Under the pieces are notes generated by a model. It ran no database searches. It was not told the origin of the DNA and worked only from the letters and a program-made list of their open reading frames with translations. Source: Candidatus Woykebacteria bacterium (GTDB lineage Bacteria; Patescibacteriota; Microgenomatia; Woykebacterales; RBG-16-39-9b). Taken from it: a DNA stretch of 64,000 nt. The position numbers and the translations under genes are program-made. Each line of letters opens with the position of its first letter. Positions within the stretch are counted from its first letter, which is position 1. Where the stretch lies: assembly GCA_040876345.1 (NCBI GenBank), contig JBBDPM010000001.1:270313-334312 (forward strand), read 5' to 3'. Shown here piece by piece: positions 44,314 to 53,726 of the stretch.

Positions 44314-45942
44314 ATGGCAAAAAAAGAAACTAAGTACATATTCGTTAGTGGTGGAGTTATTTCTGGGATTGGTAAAGGTATCACCACTGCTTCCCTGGCT
44401 GCGATTCTACAATCTAAGGGCTTCAAGGTTTCCCCAGTAAAAATTGATATGTATTTAAATGTTGATGCGGGAACTATTCGCCCTCAGGAGCATGGTGAGG
44501 TTTTTGTGACCGATGACGGAGTCGAGACTGACCAGGATTTAGGTCATTACGAAAGATTTTTGAATACACCCTTGAGATCAGCCAATTACATTACAACTGG
44601 TCAAGTCTATCAGGAGGTAATTAATAAAGAACGCTCTTTTGATTATGATGGTGAGGATGTTGAAGCAATACCCCATGTTACCGATGAGATAATTAGGAGA
44701 ATAAAAGAGGCTGGTACTTCTAGAGAAGCAGAGATTGTTTTAATTGAGCTAGGCGGAACTGTAGGTGAGTACCAAAACGCCCTTTTCTTTGAAGCCTCCC
44801 GTATTATGCAGCTTAAAAATTCTGGTACGGTAGCTCATGTGCACGTGGCCTACTTACCAATTCCTAAAAGCCTAGGAGAGATGAAATCTAAACCCGCCCA
44901 GCAATCAGTAAGGAGTTTAAATGAGATGGGAGTGCAGCCAGATATTTTGGTGGGAAGAAGCGAGTTACCAATTGATGAGCGTCGGAAAGAGCGTCTTGCG
45001 CTTTTTTGTAATGTGCAAGCAGAGGATGTGATATCAAATCCGGATGTAGGGACAATTTACGAAGTGCCCCTTATTCTTGAAAACCAACATATTGGTGAGA
45101 GAGTCCTTTCTAAACTAAATCTGGAATCTAAAGAAAAGGACCTTTCCGAATGGAAAGAACTATTAGCTAGGATTGATAACTTAAAAGATGAGGTGAATAT
45201 AGCGATTGTTGGTAAGTACTTTGCAACCGGCAATTTTCAGCTTGAGGATGTTTATGTATCAGTAATTGAGGCAATTAAGCACTCTGCATGGGCAAACTCT
45301 GTTAAACCAATTCTTCATTGGATCGATTCTGAGGATTTCGAGAAGGGTAAGTCTGCTGAGGAAGTTTTGGGCAACATGGATGGAGTAGTTGTACCAGGTG
45401 GTTTTGGAGGCAGAGGCATAGAAGGGGTAATAAAGGCGATCACTTACGCAAGAGAAGCAAAAAAACCCTATCTTGGTCTTTGCTACGGTATGCAACTTGC
45501 CACTATCGAATTTGCCCGCAGGGTTGCTAATATTAGTGAGGCTCATACAACCGAAGTTGATAAAGACTCGACCGATCCTGTGATTAATGTAATGCCAGAG
45601 CAAGAAAAATTGATGATCGGTAAAGAGTATGGTGGTACGATGAGACTTGGATCGTTTCCTTGTAAACTTAAAGACGGTACATTAGCAAGGAAGATTTATG
45701 GTGAAGAGGTGATTCATGAACGCCACCGCCATCGCTACGAATTCAATAATAGTTATAGAGAAAAATTGGAAGAAGCTGGCTTGGTAATTTCTGGAACTAG
45801 TTTGAACGGAAAATTAGTGGAAATGATTGAGCTATCTAACCACCCTTTCTTTGTTGGTACCCAATTTCACCCCGAATTTAAATCACGACCTTTACAGCCT
45901 CACCCAATCTATCTTTCTTTTATAGAAGCCTGTAAGAAATAA
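44314..45942 (+). CDS. pyrG: CTP synthase
   Basis: KYIFVSGGVISGIGKGITTAS, GYGMQLA glutaminase Cys motif. Confidence 0.95.
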   Translation: MAKKETKYIFVSGGVISGIGKGITTASLAAILQSKGFKVSPVKIDMYLNVDAGTIRPQEHGEVFVTDDGVETDQDLGHYERFLNTPLRSANYITTGQVYQEVINKERSFDYDGEDVEAIPHVTDEIIRRIKEAGTSREAEIVLIELGGTVGEYQNALFFEASRIMQLKNSGTVAHVHVAYLPIPKSLGEMKSKPAQQSVRSLNEMGVQPDILVGRSELPIDERRKERLALFCNVQAEDVISNPDVGTIYEVPLILENQHIGERVLSKLNLESKEKDLSEWKELLARIDNLKDEVNIAIVGKYFATGNFQLEDVYVSVIEAIKHSAWANSVKPILHWIDSEDFEKGKSAEEVLGNMDGVVVPGGFGGRGIEGVIKAITYAREAKKPYLGLCYGMQLATIEFARRVANISEAHTTEVDKDSTDPVINVMPEQEKLMIGKEYGGTMRLGSFPCKLKDGTLARKIYGEEVIHERHRHRYEFNNSYREKLEEAGLVISGTSLNGKLVEMIELSNHPFFVGTQFHPEFKSRPLQPHPIYLSFIEACKK

Positions 45943-45953
45943 ATCTGGGGATT

Positions 45954-46265
45954 TCAGAAAATTGAGCTTTCGGGGAAGTCCGGAAAAGAAACTTTTTGGG
46001 TATCAAAATCTTTTTTATCGAATTTTTCCATGAGCTCAAACACACATCTCACACCGGCCAAATTAATATTCCTTTTTGTGGTGAGGTAGCGGATAAATTG
46101 AAGTTTCTCGATATCTTTCTGGGAGTAGCGTCTTCGGTTGGTTTTTGTCCTTGATGGGATAACTAATCTTTGACTTTCATAGATCATCAGTGTTCTTGGG
46201 TGAACGCTTAAGATTTCGGCAGCGACCGAAAGAGTAAATAAGGGCTTAGAATTCTTTTCCTCCAT
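45954..46265 (-). CDS. MerR-family transcriptional regulator (HspR-like)
   Basis: FTLSVAAEILSVHPRTLMIYESQRLVIPSRTKTNRRRYSQKDIEKLQFI = MerR HTH + dimerisation helix. Confidence 0.75.
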   Translation of the reverse strand: MEEKNSKPLFTLSVAAEILSVHPRTLMIYESQRLVIPSRTKTNRRRYSQKDIEKLQFIRYLTTKRNINLAGVRCVFELMEKFDKKDFDTQKVSFPDFPESSIF

Positions 46266-46501
46266 GGACGTTTATACTATAACAAAATGTTATACTATTT
46301 CAAGTGTAAATAGTGTCTCCACCCCGATTATATTAGAAAATTTCCGGCCCTCTTTTGTAATCTAGGCTACTTGACAAGGTGTATAAAAGGTGTTACATCC
46401 ATGTTGTAAGGTTTTTGAAAAAGTAACCTAGTTTCTGCCCACTTTTAATTTCTACTGCCCAAAAGAAAAAAAGATCGAATTGGATTTTTGCCTGAAAGGA
46501 G

Positions 46502-46816
46502 GTGAAAAAGCTCAAAGAGATACTTTCTGTAAAGAAGGCATCAACTGGACAGCGCGTTATGACAATGACAACAGAGGAAGCAGGTCGTCGTGGTGGTCTA
46601 GCTGTTAAAAAGAAGTACGGCCCAACATTTTATTCAGAAATTGGTAGAAAAGGGGGACAGTCCACTAAGCGCAACTATGGACCAGACTTTTACTCAAAAA
46701 TCGGGGAAAAAGGTGGTGAGGTGGTTAAAGATAAGCATGGCGTAGTTTTTTACTCGGAGATTGGTAGACTTGGCGGAAAGTCCCGTGCTAAAAAGCAGAT
46801 GAAATTTGAGTTTTAG
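46502..46816 (+). CDS. KGG-repeat general stress protein (GsiB/YciG-like)
   Basis: four tandem repeats of ~20 aa (GRRGGLAVKKKYGPTFYSEIGRKGGQSTKRNYGPDFYSKIGEKGGEVVKDKHGVVFYSEIGRLGG) matching the KGG/stress-induced acidophilic repeat. Confidence 0.7.
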   Translation: MKKLKEILSVKKASTGQRVMTMTTEEAGRRGGLAVKKKYGPTFYSEIGRKGGQSTKRNYGPDFYSKIGEKGGEVVKDKHGVVFYSEIGRLGGKSRAKKQMKFEF

Positions 46817-46823
46817 TTTTTTT

Positions 46824-46921
46824 AGCTTTAAAAAAAGCTAAATCCCCAGTAAAACTGGGGGAAATTATCTTGGTTTTTCAAACAAAAATACAAATCGCTT
46901 GTTAAGCAGGCGATTTTTTGG
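46824..46921 (+). terminator. three consecutive hairpins after the KGG gene (AGCTTT/AAAGCT; CCCCAG/CTGGGG; AATCGC/GCGATT + T6), the last 20 nt before ileS ATG
   Basis: seen directly. Confidence 0.4.
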
Positions 46922-46937
46922 TTTAATTTACCCTGTT

Positions 46938-49805
46938 ATGTTTAAAGAAGTTTCGTCAAAAGTCGATTTTGCTGACCTGGAAAGAAAAGTCCTTTCTCAT
47001 TGGGACAAGATCTCTCTTAACAAGAAATATCTAGAGAGAAACCAATCGTCGGCGAAGAAATTCTCTTTTCTTGATGGCCCTATAACCGCTAATAACCCGA
47101 TGGGCGTGCACCACGCGTGGGGTAGGTCTTACAAAGATCTGTGGCAGCGTTTTTTCAATATGAAAGGGTTTCGCCAAAGGTTTCAGAATGGCTTTGATGA
47201 GCAGGGACTTTGGATTGAAGTAGAAGTGGAAAAAGAACTTGGTTTAAAAAGTAAGAAGGATATTGAGAATTTAGTACCTGGAAATGTTTTCGAATCGATT
47301 GCTAAGTTTGTAGATCTTTGCAAAGAACGAGTCAAGAAATTTTCGGCCGTTCAAACCGAACAATCTAAACGTTTGGGATACTTCATGGATTGGGAAAATT
47401 CCTATCACACTTCTTCTGATCAAAATAATTACGCCATTTGGCACTATCTAAAAACTGTTCATGAAAAAGGCTGGCTTTATAAGGGCCGCGACTCTGTACC
47501 TTGGTGCCCGCGTTGCGGTACGGCTATTTCTCAACACGAAATTTTAACTGAAGAGTATAAAGAAATAACTCACAAGGCACTTTTTGTAAAGTATCCGGTA
47601 GTTGCTGAGGATTATAGTCTTTTGGTGTGGACAACAACTCCTTGGACCCTTCCTGGTAATGTAGCTGTAGCAATTGATCCAAAAAAAGACTATGCAATTA
47701 CCAAAGACAATCTAGTTGTCATGTCATCCCGAATCCATGCTCTTGGACTAGAGAAAGTAAAAATAATTAAGGGTAAAGATTTAATTGGTAAAAAATATAT
47801 TGGACCCTTTGACCAACTTGAAAGGGTAAAAGAAAGTTTGGAAAGCTTTGGACACATCGTAATAGACGGTAGAGAACTTGTGAATGAGGATGAAGGTACT
47901 GGGCTTGTTCACATTGCTCCAGGTGCCGGAGAAGAAGATTTTAAATTACACAAAGACCAAAACTTACCGCTTATCGAACTTATAGACGAAGAAGCATCTT
48001 ATATTGATAGCTTAGGGGAGTTTTCTGGAAAAAATGCCAAGAAACTCCCTGAATTAATTATTGATTATCTTGATAGAAAAGACGGTGGGAAGTTTCTTTT
48101 TAAGGTGGAGAATTATAAACATCGCTATCCTACCTGCTGGCGGTGCAAGACTGAGCTCGTTTGGAGAGTAGTGGATGAGTGGTACATAGCAATGGACTCA
48201 CCCTCGCGCCAGGATATGGGAAGCAAGCCAAAAACCTATCGGGAGATGATGAAAGAAGTGATTAAAGATATAAATTGGCTTCCGAAGTGGGGATACGATA
48301 GAGAGCTAGATTGGCTGAACAATATGCACGATTGGCTAATTTCCAAGAAGCGCTATTGGGGTTTGGCTTTGCCAATTTGGGAATGTACAAATTGTGGTAG
48401 TTTCGACGTTTTCGGTTCAAAGGAAGATCTGAAAAAAAGAGCGGTTGAGGGTTGGGATAAATTTGAGGGAATATCTCCCCATAGGCCAATAATAGATTTG
48501 GTTAAGATTAAATGTTCCAAGTGTGGCGAGACAGTTTCACGGATTCGAGATGTTGGAAATGTGTGGCTCGATGCTGGAATTGTTTCCTACTCCACGCTGA
48601 AATATTTTGAAGATAAAAATTATTGGCAAGAGTGGTTTCCAGCCGATTTCATCACCGAAAGTTTCCCAGGGCAGTTCAAAAACTGGTTTTATTCGCTGAT
48701 TGCAATGTCTACTGCACTTGAGGCCAAAGCGCCATTCAAAACTCTTTTAGGGCATGGCCAAGTGCGCGACGAGAAAGGTGACGAGATGCACAAGAGCAAG
48801 GGAAATGCGATTTGGTTTGATGAAGCAGCTGAAAAAATGGGCGTGGATGTAATGCGCTGGATTTACTTGACCACAAACCCCGAACACAATGTTAACTTCG
48901 GCTACCATGTGGCAGATGAAGTCCGTCGCCGTTTTTTTCTGATTTTCTGGAACGTTTACGTGTTTTTTGTTACCTATGCCAATATCGATAAATGGGAGCC
49001 TTCGGCAACCGAAAAAGCGGAACTTTCCGATCCGCTAGATCGGTGGATTATTTCTGAGCTGAATCGGTTGATCGATTCTGTTAATAGAAAATTAGAAAAT
49101 TATGATGCGGCTACCTCCTCTCGGGAGATAGAAAAGTTTGTTATCGATCTTTCTACTTGGTATGTAAGGCGAATTCGCGATCGAGTTGGGCCAACAGCTA
49201 AAAATGGGCTGTCGAAGGTAACTACTTACCAGATGCTCTACACTACTCTTACAGCTTTAAGTAAACTTTTGGCGCCTTTTACGCCTTTCATCGCGTACGA
49301 GATTTATAAAAATCTTACTGATGAAGAGTCTGTGCATCTTGCAGACTACCCTGGAGCGGATAAAAGCGCTATTGATAAGGATTTGATTTTAAACATGGAT
49401 CAGGTTCGCAAATTGGCCGAGGTTGGTCACTCTTTGCGTAAAGAAAAAGGGATAAAGTTAAGGCAGCCTTTAGCGGTATTCTTTTATGGGAAAGATATCG
49501 AGAAACTTCCAAAAGAACTCGAAGATGTTTTGGATGCCGAGCTCAATGTTAAAAAAATAGTTTATGACAAAGGTAAAAAACCTTCTTTCGATTTCTATAT
49601 CACGGAAAGTCTCGCTGCTGAGGGTGAGGCAAGAGAGCTTGTTCGGAAAATCCAGGAAGTTCGCAAAGAGTTAGGGTGTAAGATGGATGAGTTCGTGAGT
49701 GTTGAGCTTCCAGATTGGCCAAAAGAATTTGAAGATTATCTAAAAAAAGAAACTCTCGCCAAAAACCTCACTAAAGGCGAAAAAATCCTCGTATCAAAGT
49801 CATAG
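46938..49805 (+). CDS. ileS: isoleucine--tRNA ligase (eukaryote-like type)
   Basis: class I HIGH-like region GPITANNPMGVHHAWGRS...GFDEQGLWIE (cf. IleS GWDCHGLPIE), KMSKS = MHKSKGN; start set at ATG 46938 (track used TTG 46899). Confidence 0.75.
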   Translation: MFKEVSSKVDFADLERKVLSHWDKISLNKKYLERNQSSAKKFSFLDGPITANNPMGVHHAWGRSYKDLWQRFFNMKGFRQRFQNGFDEQGLWIEVEVEKELGLKSKKDIENLVPGNVFESIAKFVDLCKERVKKFSAVQTEQSKRLGYFMDWENSYHTSSDQNNYAIWHYLKTVHEKGWLYKGRDSVPWCPRCGTAISQHEILTEEYKEITHKALFVKYPVVAEDYSLLVWTTTPWTLPGNVAVAIDPKKDYAITKDNLVVMSSRIHALGLEKVKIIKGKDLIGKKYIGPFDQLERVKESLESFGHIVIDGRELVNEDEGTGLVHIAPGAGEEDFKLHKDQNLPLIELIDEEASYIDSLGEFSGKNAKKLPELIIDYLDRKDGGKFLFKVENYKHRYPTCWRCKTELVWRVVDEWYIAMDSPSRQDMGSKPKTYREMMKEVIKDINWLPKWGYDRELDWLNNMHDWLISKKRYWGLALPIWECTNCGSFDVFGSKEDLKKRAVEGWDKFEGISPHRPIIDLVKIKCSKCGETVSRIRDVGNVWLDAGIVSYSTLKYFEDKNYWQEWFPADFITESFPGQFKNWFYSLIAMSTALEAKAPFKTLLGHGQVRDEKGDEMHKSKGNAIWFDEAAEKMGVDVMRWIYLTTNPEHNVNFGYHVADEVRRRFFLIFWNVYVFFVTYANIDKWEPSATEKAELSDPLDRWIISELNRLIDSVNRKLENYDAATSSREIEKFVIDLSTWYVRRIRDRVGPTAKNGLSKVTTYQMLYTTLTALSKLLAPFTPFIAYEIYKNLTDEESVHLADYPGADKSAIDKDLILNMDQVRKLAEVGHSLRKEKGIKLRQPLAVFFYGKDIEKLPKELEDVLDAELNVKKIVYDKGKKPSFDFYITESLAAEGEARELVRKIQEVRKELGCKMDEFVSVELPDWPKEFEDYLKKETLAKNLTKGEKILVSKS

Positions 49806-49933
49806 TTGAACTTATCACCACATTGTTATAACATTTCCACAACACTCAATCTTTTGTTATCGGTGGGAAAGGAGGATGGAAAACCAAGCCGATAATCCAG
49901 TAGGGTAACATCGCACGGAAGTGAAAGGAACTT

Positions 49934-50218
49934 ATGGTAACCGCAACACCTACGCAAGCAAGGTATGGAGGGCTCTCTGCTCCAGCAGTCACGTCTCGGC
50001 CCGGGGTGCCAACGCGTCCCGTTCTGCCTGAGCGTTTCAATGACGCCCGGGAAGCGGCGACCTGTCTGAGGGTGCAAGCGATCGCGAGGGGCATGACCAT
50101 CGATGAGGCCAACCGCATCGACAGGCACTGCAACTGCGGGTCGCGCGAGTACGCCATACCGGAGTACTGCGAGTACCTGGGGATCAAGGAGGCCCTGGTC
50201 TACCAGCGCATCGGGTGA
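49934..50218 (+). CDS. hypothetical 94-aa Cys-containing protein in GC-rich island
   Basis: AAAGGA-5nt-ATG RBS; promoter TTGAAC...TGtTATAAC at 49806-49836; terminator-like hairpin CACACC-GAT-GGTGTG at ~50257-50271; GC ~65% vs ~38% flanks; overlapping antisense ORFs are artefacts of high GC. Confidence 0.3.
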   Translation: MVTATPTQARYGGLSAPAVTSRPGVPTRPVLPERFNDAREAATCLRVQAIARGMTIDEANRIDRHCNCGSREYAIPEYCEYLGIKEALVYQRIG

Positions 50219-50332
50219 TAACGCAAGTAACCGGGTCGCGCTGACGCCACCAGTACCACGAACCCACCCCAAAGGATCACACCGATGGTGTGGGCTTCAC
50301 ACTTTCTTGGCTCACCTGTTAAAATACTCTTC

Positions 50333-51415
50333 ATGCGCTTTTTTCAAGGAATCGATTGGATACTATTCTTCCCAATGCTTTTCTTAACCTCGCTTGGGAT
50401 TTTAATGATTTACAGCACTTCAATTGAAGCAAATGGTGTTGATTATACATTTGTTTCCCGCCAGACCATATACCTCTTGCTTGGCCTTCTTATCTTTTTT
50501 ATCGTTTCAAGGATAGACTACAAACTTATTTCTAGTTTTTCTTATTTAATGTACGCTCTGGTCATAGCCCTTTTGTTGACCACTTTTTTCTACGGCGAAA
50601 TTACTCGGGGCTCAAGAAGATGGATAGATTTAGGTATTATTACTATCCAAGCTTCTGAGGTGGCTAAACCGGTAATTATCCTTACCCTCTCCTCCTTTTT
50701 TTCAAGATTTTCTCCAAAAGATTTAAAAAATGTTATAGTTTCTTTTTTGATCGTGGCGGTACCGGCAGCTTTAGTATTTATCCAACCTGATTTGGGAAAT
50801 GCGGTAATAATCATGTCACTTTGGGCCGTTTTGGTTTTTGGTGCGGGTGTCAAGATCCTCCATGCGGCTTCACTAGTATTTATAGCCTTAGTTCTTTTGC
50901 CCTTGTCTTGGTTTTTCTTGGAAGATTATCAAAAAGAGAGGCTACTGACTTTCCTTAGCCCGGAAAGGGATCCTCATGGGTCTGGTTACAACCTTGTTCA
51001 ATCAATAATCGCAGTTGGTAGTGGTGGTTTAAAGGGAAGAGGTTTCGGGAGGGGGACACAGAGCCATTTAAATTTCCTACCTGAGCAAAAGACTGATTTC
51101 ATCTTTGCCACCACAGCTGAGGAACTGGGATTTTTTGGAGTTAGTATTATATTAGGTGCCTTTGGTTTTATAATTTATCGAACTTTGGTTGCAGTTAACA
51201 AGGCAGCCGATATTCAGGGTTCTATAATTTCTCTGGGGGTTGCTGCTATGATTGCCATACACCTTTTTATAAATATTGGTATGAATATAGGAATTTTTCC
51301 GGTTACTGGTATCACGCTTCCACTTATTTCTTTTGGCGGCAGCTCTCTAATATCAGTAATGTTTAGTTTGGGGCTTGTGAACTCAGTTTCTTCTTTTTCA
51401 AAAAAATCTCACTAG
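50333..51415 (+). CDS. rodA: SEDS-family peptidoglycan glycosyltransferase RodA (second SEDS paralog)
   Basis: 10 TM, RGxGxGTQSHLNFLPE, PLISFGGSS motifs; start likely ATG 50333 (track 50285 reads through GC island edge). Confidence 0.8.
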   Translation: MRFFQGIDWILFFPMLFLTSLGILMIYSTSIEANGVDYTFVSRQTIYLLLGLLIFFIVSRIDYKLISSFSYLMYALVIALLLTTFFYGEITRGSRRWIDLGIITIQASEVAKPVIILTLSSFFSRFSPKDLKNVIVSFLIVAVPAALVFIQPDLGNAVIIMSLWAVLVFGAGVKILHAASLVFIALVLLPLSWFFLEDYQKERLLTFLSPERDPHGSGYNLVQSIIAVGSGGLKGRGFGRGTQSHLNFLPEQKTDFIFATTAEELGFFGVSIILGAFGFIIYRTLVAVNKAADIQGSIISLGVAAMIAIHLFINIGMNIGIFPVTGITLPLISFGGSSLISVMFSLGLVNSVSSFSKKSH

Positions 51416-51476
51416 TTTTCTGATATAATACGAACCAGTTGACACAAGATTGAGAAGCCTATATTATTAGGGGGTT

Positions 51477-51788
51477 ATGAAATATGCTGTTTTCGCTTCC
51501 GGAAGCAAACAATACATAGCTTCAGAAGGTGATACTATCACCGTCGAAAAAATAAATACCGAAAAAGGTAAACCTGTAGAGTTTGACAGGGTGCTATTGT
51601 CAGTTGACGGGGATAAAGTAGAAATTGGAAAGCCTCACCTAAAGGCTAAGGTAAAGGCTACAGTGGACGATCACATTAAAGATAAGAAGATAAGAGTATT
51701 CAAGTATAAAGCGAAAACAGGTTATCATAAGACGCAAGGGCACAGGCAAGAATTAACTTCGGTGAAGATTGAAAAAATTGAAGTATAA
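51477..51788 (+). CDS. rplU: 50S ribosomal protein L21
   Basis: MKYAVFASGSKQYIASEGD... Confidence 0.9.
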   Translation: MKYAVFASGSKQYIASEGDTITVEKINTEKGKPVEFDRVLLSVDGDKVEIGKPHLKAKVKATVDDHIKDKKIRVFKYKAKTGYHKTQGHRQELTSVKIEKIEV

Positions 51789-51843
51789 AGCATCGAAATT
51801 TGAAATAGTTTAGGGTTTCGGATTCCCTAACTAAAGGAGTAAT

Positions 51844-52101
51844 ATGGCTCATAAAAAATCAGGTGGAGCAAAAGCAAAGCAAGGTAGTAAAACAGCTGGA
51901 AAAAGGCTTGGAGTAAAAATTTACTCAGGTCAAAAAATTAAAGCCGGACAGATTGTAGTTCGCCAAAAAGGCACAAAGTTTCACGCGGGTGAAGGAGCCG
52001 GCCTAGGACGTGATCATACAGTGTTTTCCACAAAAGATGGGGTAGTCTCAGTTAAAGTATTGAAAGATAAAAAATATATTGAAGTGTTGAGCAAGGTGTA
52101 A
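51844..52101 (+). CDS. rpmA: 50S ribosomal protein L27
   Basis: MAHKKSGGAKAKQGSKTAGKRLGVKIYSGQ. Confidence 0.95.
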   Translation: MAHKKSGGAKAKQGSKTAGKRLGVKIYSGQKIKAGQIVVRQKGTKFHAGEGAGLGRDHTVFSTKDGVVSVKVLKDKKYIEVLSKV

Positions 52102-52103
52102 TT

Positions 52104-52898
52104 ATGCAAGTTGGGACAGAAGCACTTGAGATAGATATTGAAGCTCTACAACCAAATCCACTGCAGCCTCGAGGCCAGATTTTACCAGATAGTTTAGTTG
52201 AACTAGCCGAATCAGTCCGCGAACACGGAATTCTAGAGCCAATTATTGTGGCCAAAACCCCTGCCGGCTACCAAATTATTGCTGGGGAACGCCGTTGGCG
52301 TGCAGCAAAGCTTGCCGGAGTCTCAAAAATCCCGGCTGTTATTAAAGAGACTGATACTCAAGGGATGTTGGAAATGGCAATTGTTGAAAATGTGCAAAGG
52401 GTGGATTTAAATCCCCTCGAGCGTGCGCAGGCCTATAAAAGATTAATTGAGGAGTTTAGCATTGGGTCAGCTGAAATAGGTCAGAGAGTGGGAAAGAGTG
52501 GGCCTTATATTTCAAATACACTGAGACTTTTGGAGTTGCCAGATGCTCTTAAAGACGGTCTTCTTTCCAACGCAATTGCTGAGGGTCACGCAAAGGCAAT
52601 TCTTGGTTTAGAAGATGTTAACCTCATGATTCAAGCCTATAAGCAAGTATTAGCCGATAATTTGGGTGTTCGTTCCACTGAAGAGATGGTAAGAAGAATG
52701 AAAGCTGGTGCCCAAATCAAGCCTCGTACGGGAAGAACATACGAGTATACTCCAGATATTGCCCGGATGGAAGAAGAAATATCTGGTTCAACTGGTGTAA
52801 AGACTAAACTTTTAAAATCCTCAAAGGGTGGAAGGCTTCTTTTGATTTTCAAGACTGATGAAGAGTTAGAGGCTCTTCACAAGAAGCTTACTTCTTAG
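52104..52898 (+). CDS. parB: ParB/Spo0J-like partition protein
   Basis: ParB N-terminal GERRWRAAKLAG motif, HTH, no adjacent parA. Confidence 0.8.
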   Translation: MQVGTEALEIDIEALQPNPLQPRGQILPDSLVELAESVREHGILEPIIVAKTPAGYQIIAGERRWRAAKLAGVSKIPAVIKETDTQGMLEMAIVENVQRVDLNPLERAQAYKRLIEEFSIGSAEIGQRVGKSGPYISNTLRLLELPDALKDGLLSNAIAEGHAKAILGLEDVNLMIQAYKQVLADNLGVRSTEEMVRRMKAGAQIKPRTGRTYEYTPDIARMEEEISGSTGVKTKLLKSSKGGRLLLIFKTDEELEALHKKLTS

Positions 52899-53469
52899 TA
52901 GCATCGATAGCTCTGACGAATGAAATTTTTGCAGCTGGCCAGTAGCGAAACCAAGCTTTTCCAATTATATTTTTCCTTGGGAGTAAACCCCATTCTCTAG
53001 AGTCAAAGCTTTGATTGCGGTTATCCCCCAAAACAAAAAAGTTACCCTCATCGATCTTTAATTCCTTACCATTTTCTAGGAGACTACCTGGATTATTATT
53101 TTGGGTTGATGGATAACTCTCATCTAAAGAAATTCCACCTGGATTCTCAGAGTTTTTTATAACAATTTTACCTTCCTTGATTTGGACTGTTTCTCCAGGA
53201 AGACCAATTATTCTTTTTATGTAGTCGAAATTTTCATCAACTGGAGCCTTAAAAACAATTATTTCACCTCTTTTTGGGTCTCGAAACCGGTAAGTTATTT
53301 TGTCGGTAAGTATGTATTGCCCGTCATGCAGGTTTGGTTCCATGCTGGCTCCTCGAACCTGGTGGGGTTGTAATAGAAATAGATAAACTACTACAAAAAT
53401 TGCAGCCGCAACTACAATAGTTTCGATAATGTCAACAAAATATCCCCATATGGGGTGCTTTTCTTCCAT
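52888..53469 (-). CDS. lepB: signal peptidase I
   Basis: N-terminal TM, GASMEPNLHDGQYIL (Ser box), KRIIGLPGE (Lys box), GDNRNQSFDSR. Confidence 0.85.
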   Translation of the reverse strand: MEEKHPIWGYFVDIIETIVVAAAIFVVVYLFLLQPHQVRGASMEPNLHDGQYILTDKITYRFRDPKRGEIIVFKAPVDENFDYIKRIIGLPGETVQIKEGKIVIKNSENPGGISLDESYPSTQNNNPGSLLENGKELKIDEGNFFVLGDNRNQSFDSREWGLLPRKNIIGKAWFRYWPAAKISFVRAIDATKK

Positions 53470-53540
53470 ATTTAAACTGTAAAAAGTATAACTTTTTTAG
53501 CTTTGATTTTCAACAGGAAGATTTGGTAAAATGCACTAAC

Positions 53541-53615
53541 GGGCACTTAGCTCAGTGGTAGAGCACTGCGTTCACATCGCAGGGGTCGTAGGTTCAAATC
53601 CTACAGTGCCCACCA
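53541..53615 (+). tRNA. tRNA-Val (anticodon CAC), CCA encoded
   Basis: cloverleaf read by hand: acceptor GGGCACU/AGUGCCC, D GCUC-AGUGGUA-GAGC, anticodon stem CUGCG/CGCAG loop UUCACAU, T GUAGG-UUCAAAU-CCUAC; promoter TTGATT-18-TAAAAT upstream. Confidence 0.85.
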
Positions 53616-53726
53616 TCTATTTTCTTGCTACAAATTCAGGATTATTGGCATCAGCAAAAAATTTAGTTGTAAAAAGAATCCACGATCCTACTTGCCAAAA
53701 TGGTTTCTTCTTGATATACAAGCAGA

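Noticed and set aside
46899-46937. TTG start at 46899 for ileS (ORF-track start)
   Set aside because: That stretch forms the terminator hairpin of the upstream gene, and alignment to IleS N-termini begins at the ATG 46938 (MFKEVSSKVDFADLERK...).
50040-50120. TPP-riboswitch-like motifs (GGGGUGCC, CUGAG, GACCUGUCUGAGGGUGC) in island 3
   Set aside because: Only partial, out-of-register resemblance to the THI element consensus, and located inside the candidate ORF rather than in a 5' leader.
49826-50387. ORF-track ORFs 49826-50272(-), 49846-50187(-), 50103-50387(+)
   Set aside because: Overlapping long ORFs on both strands are the usual artefact of a high-GC segment. They lack RBS and their low-complexity translations look non-biological.
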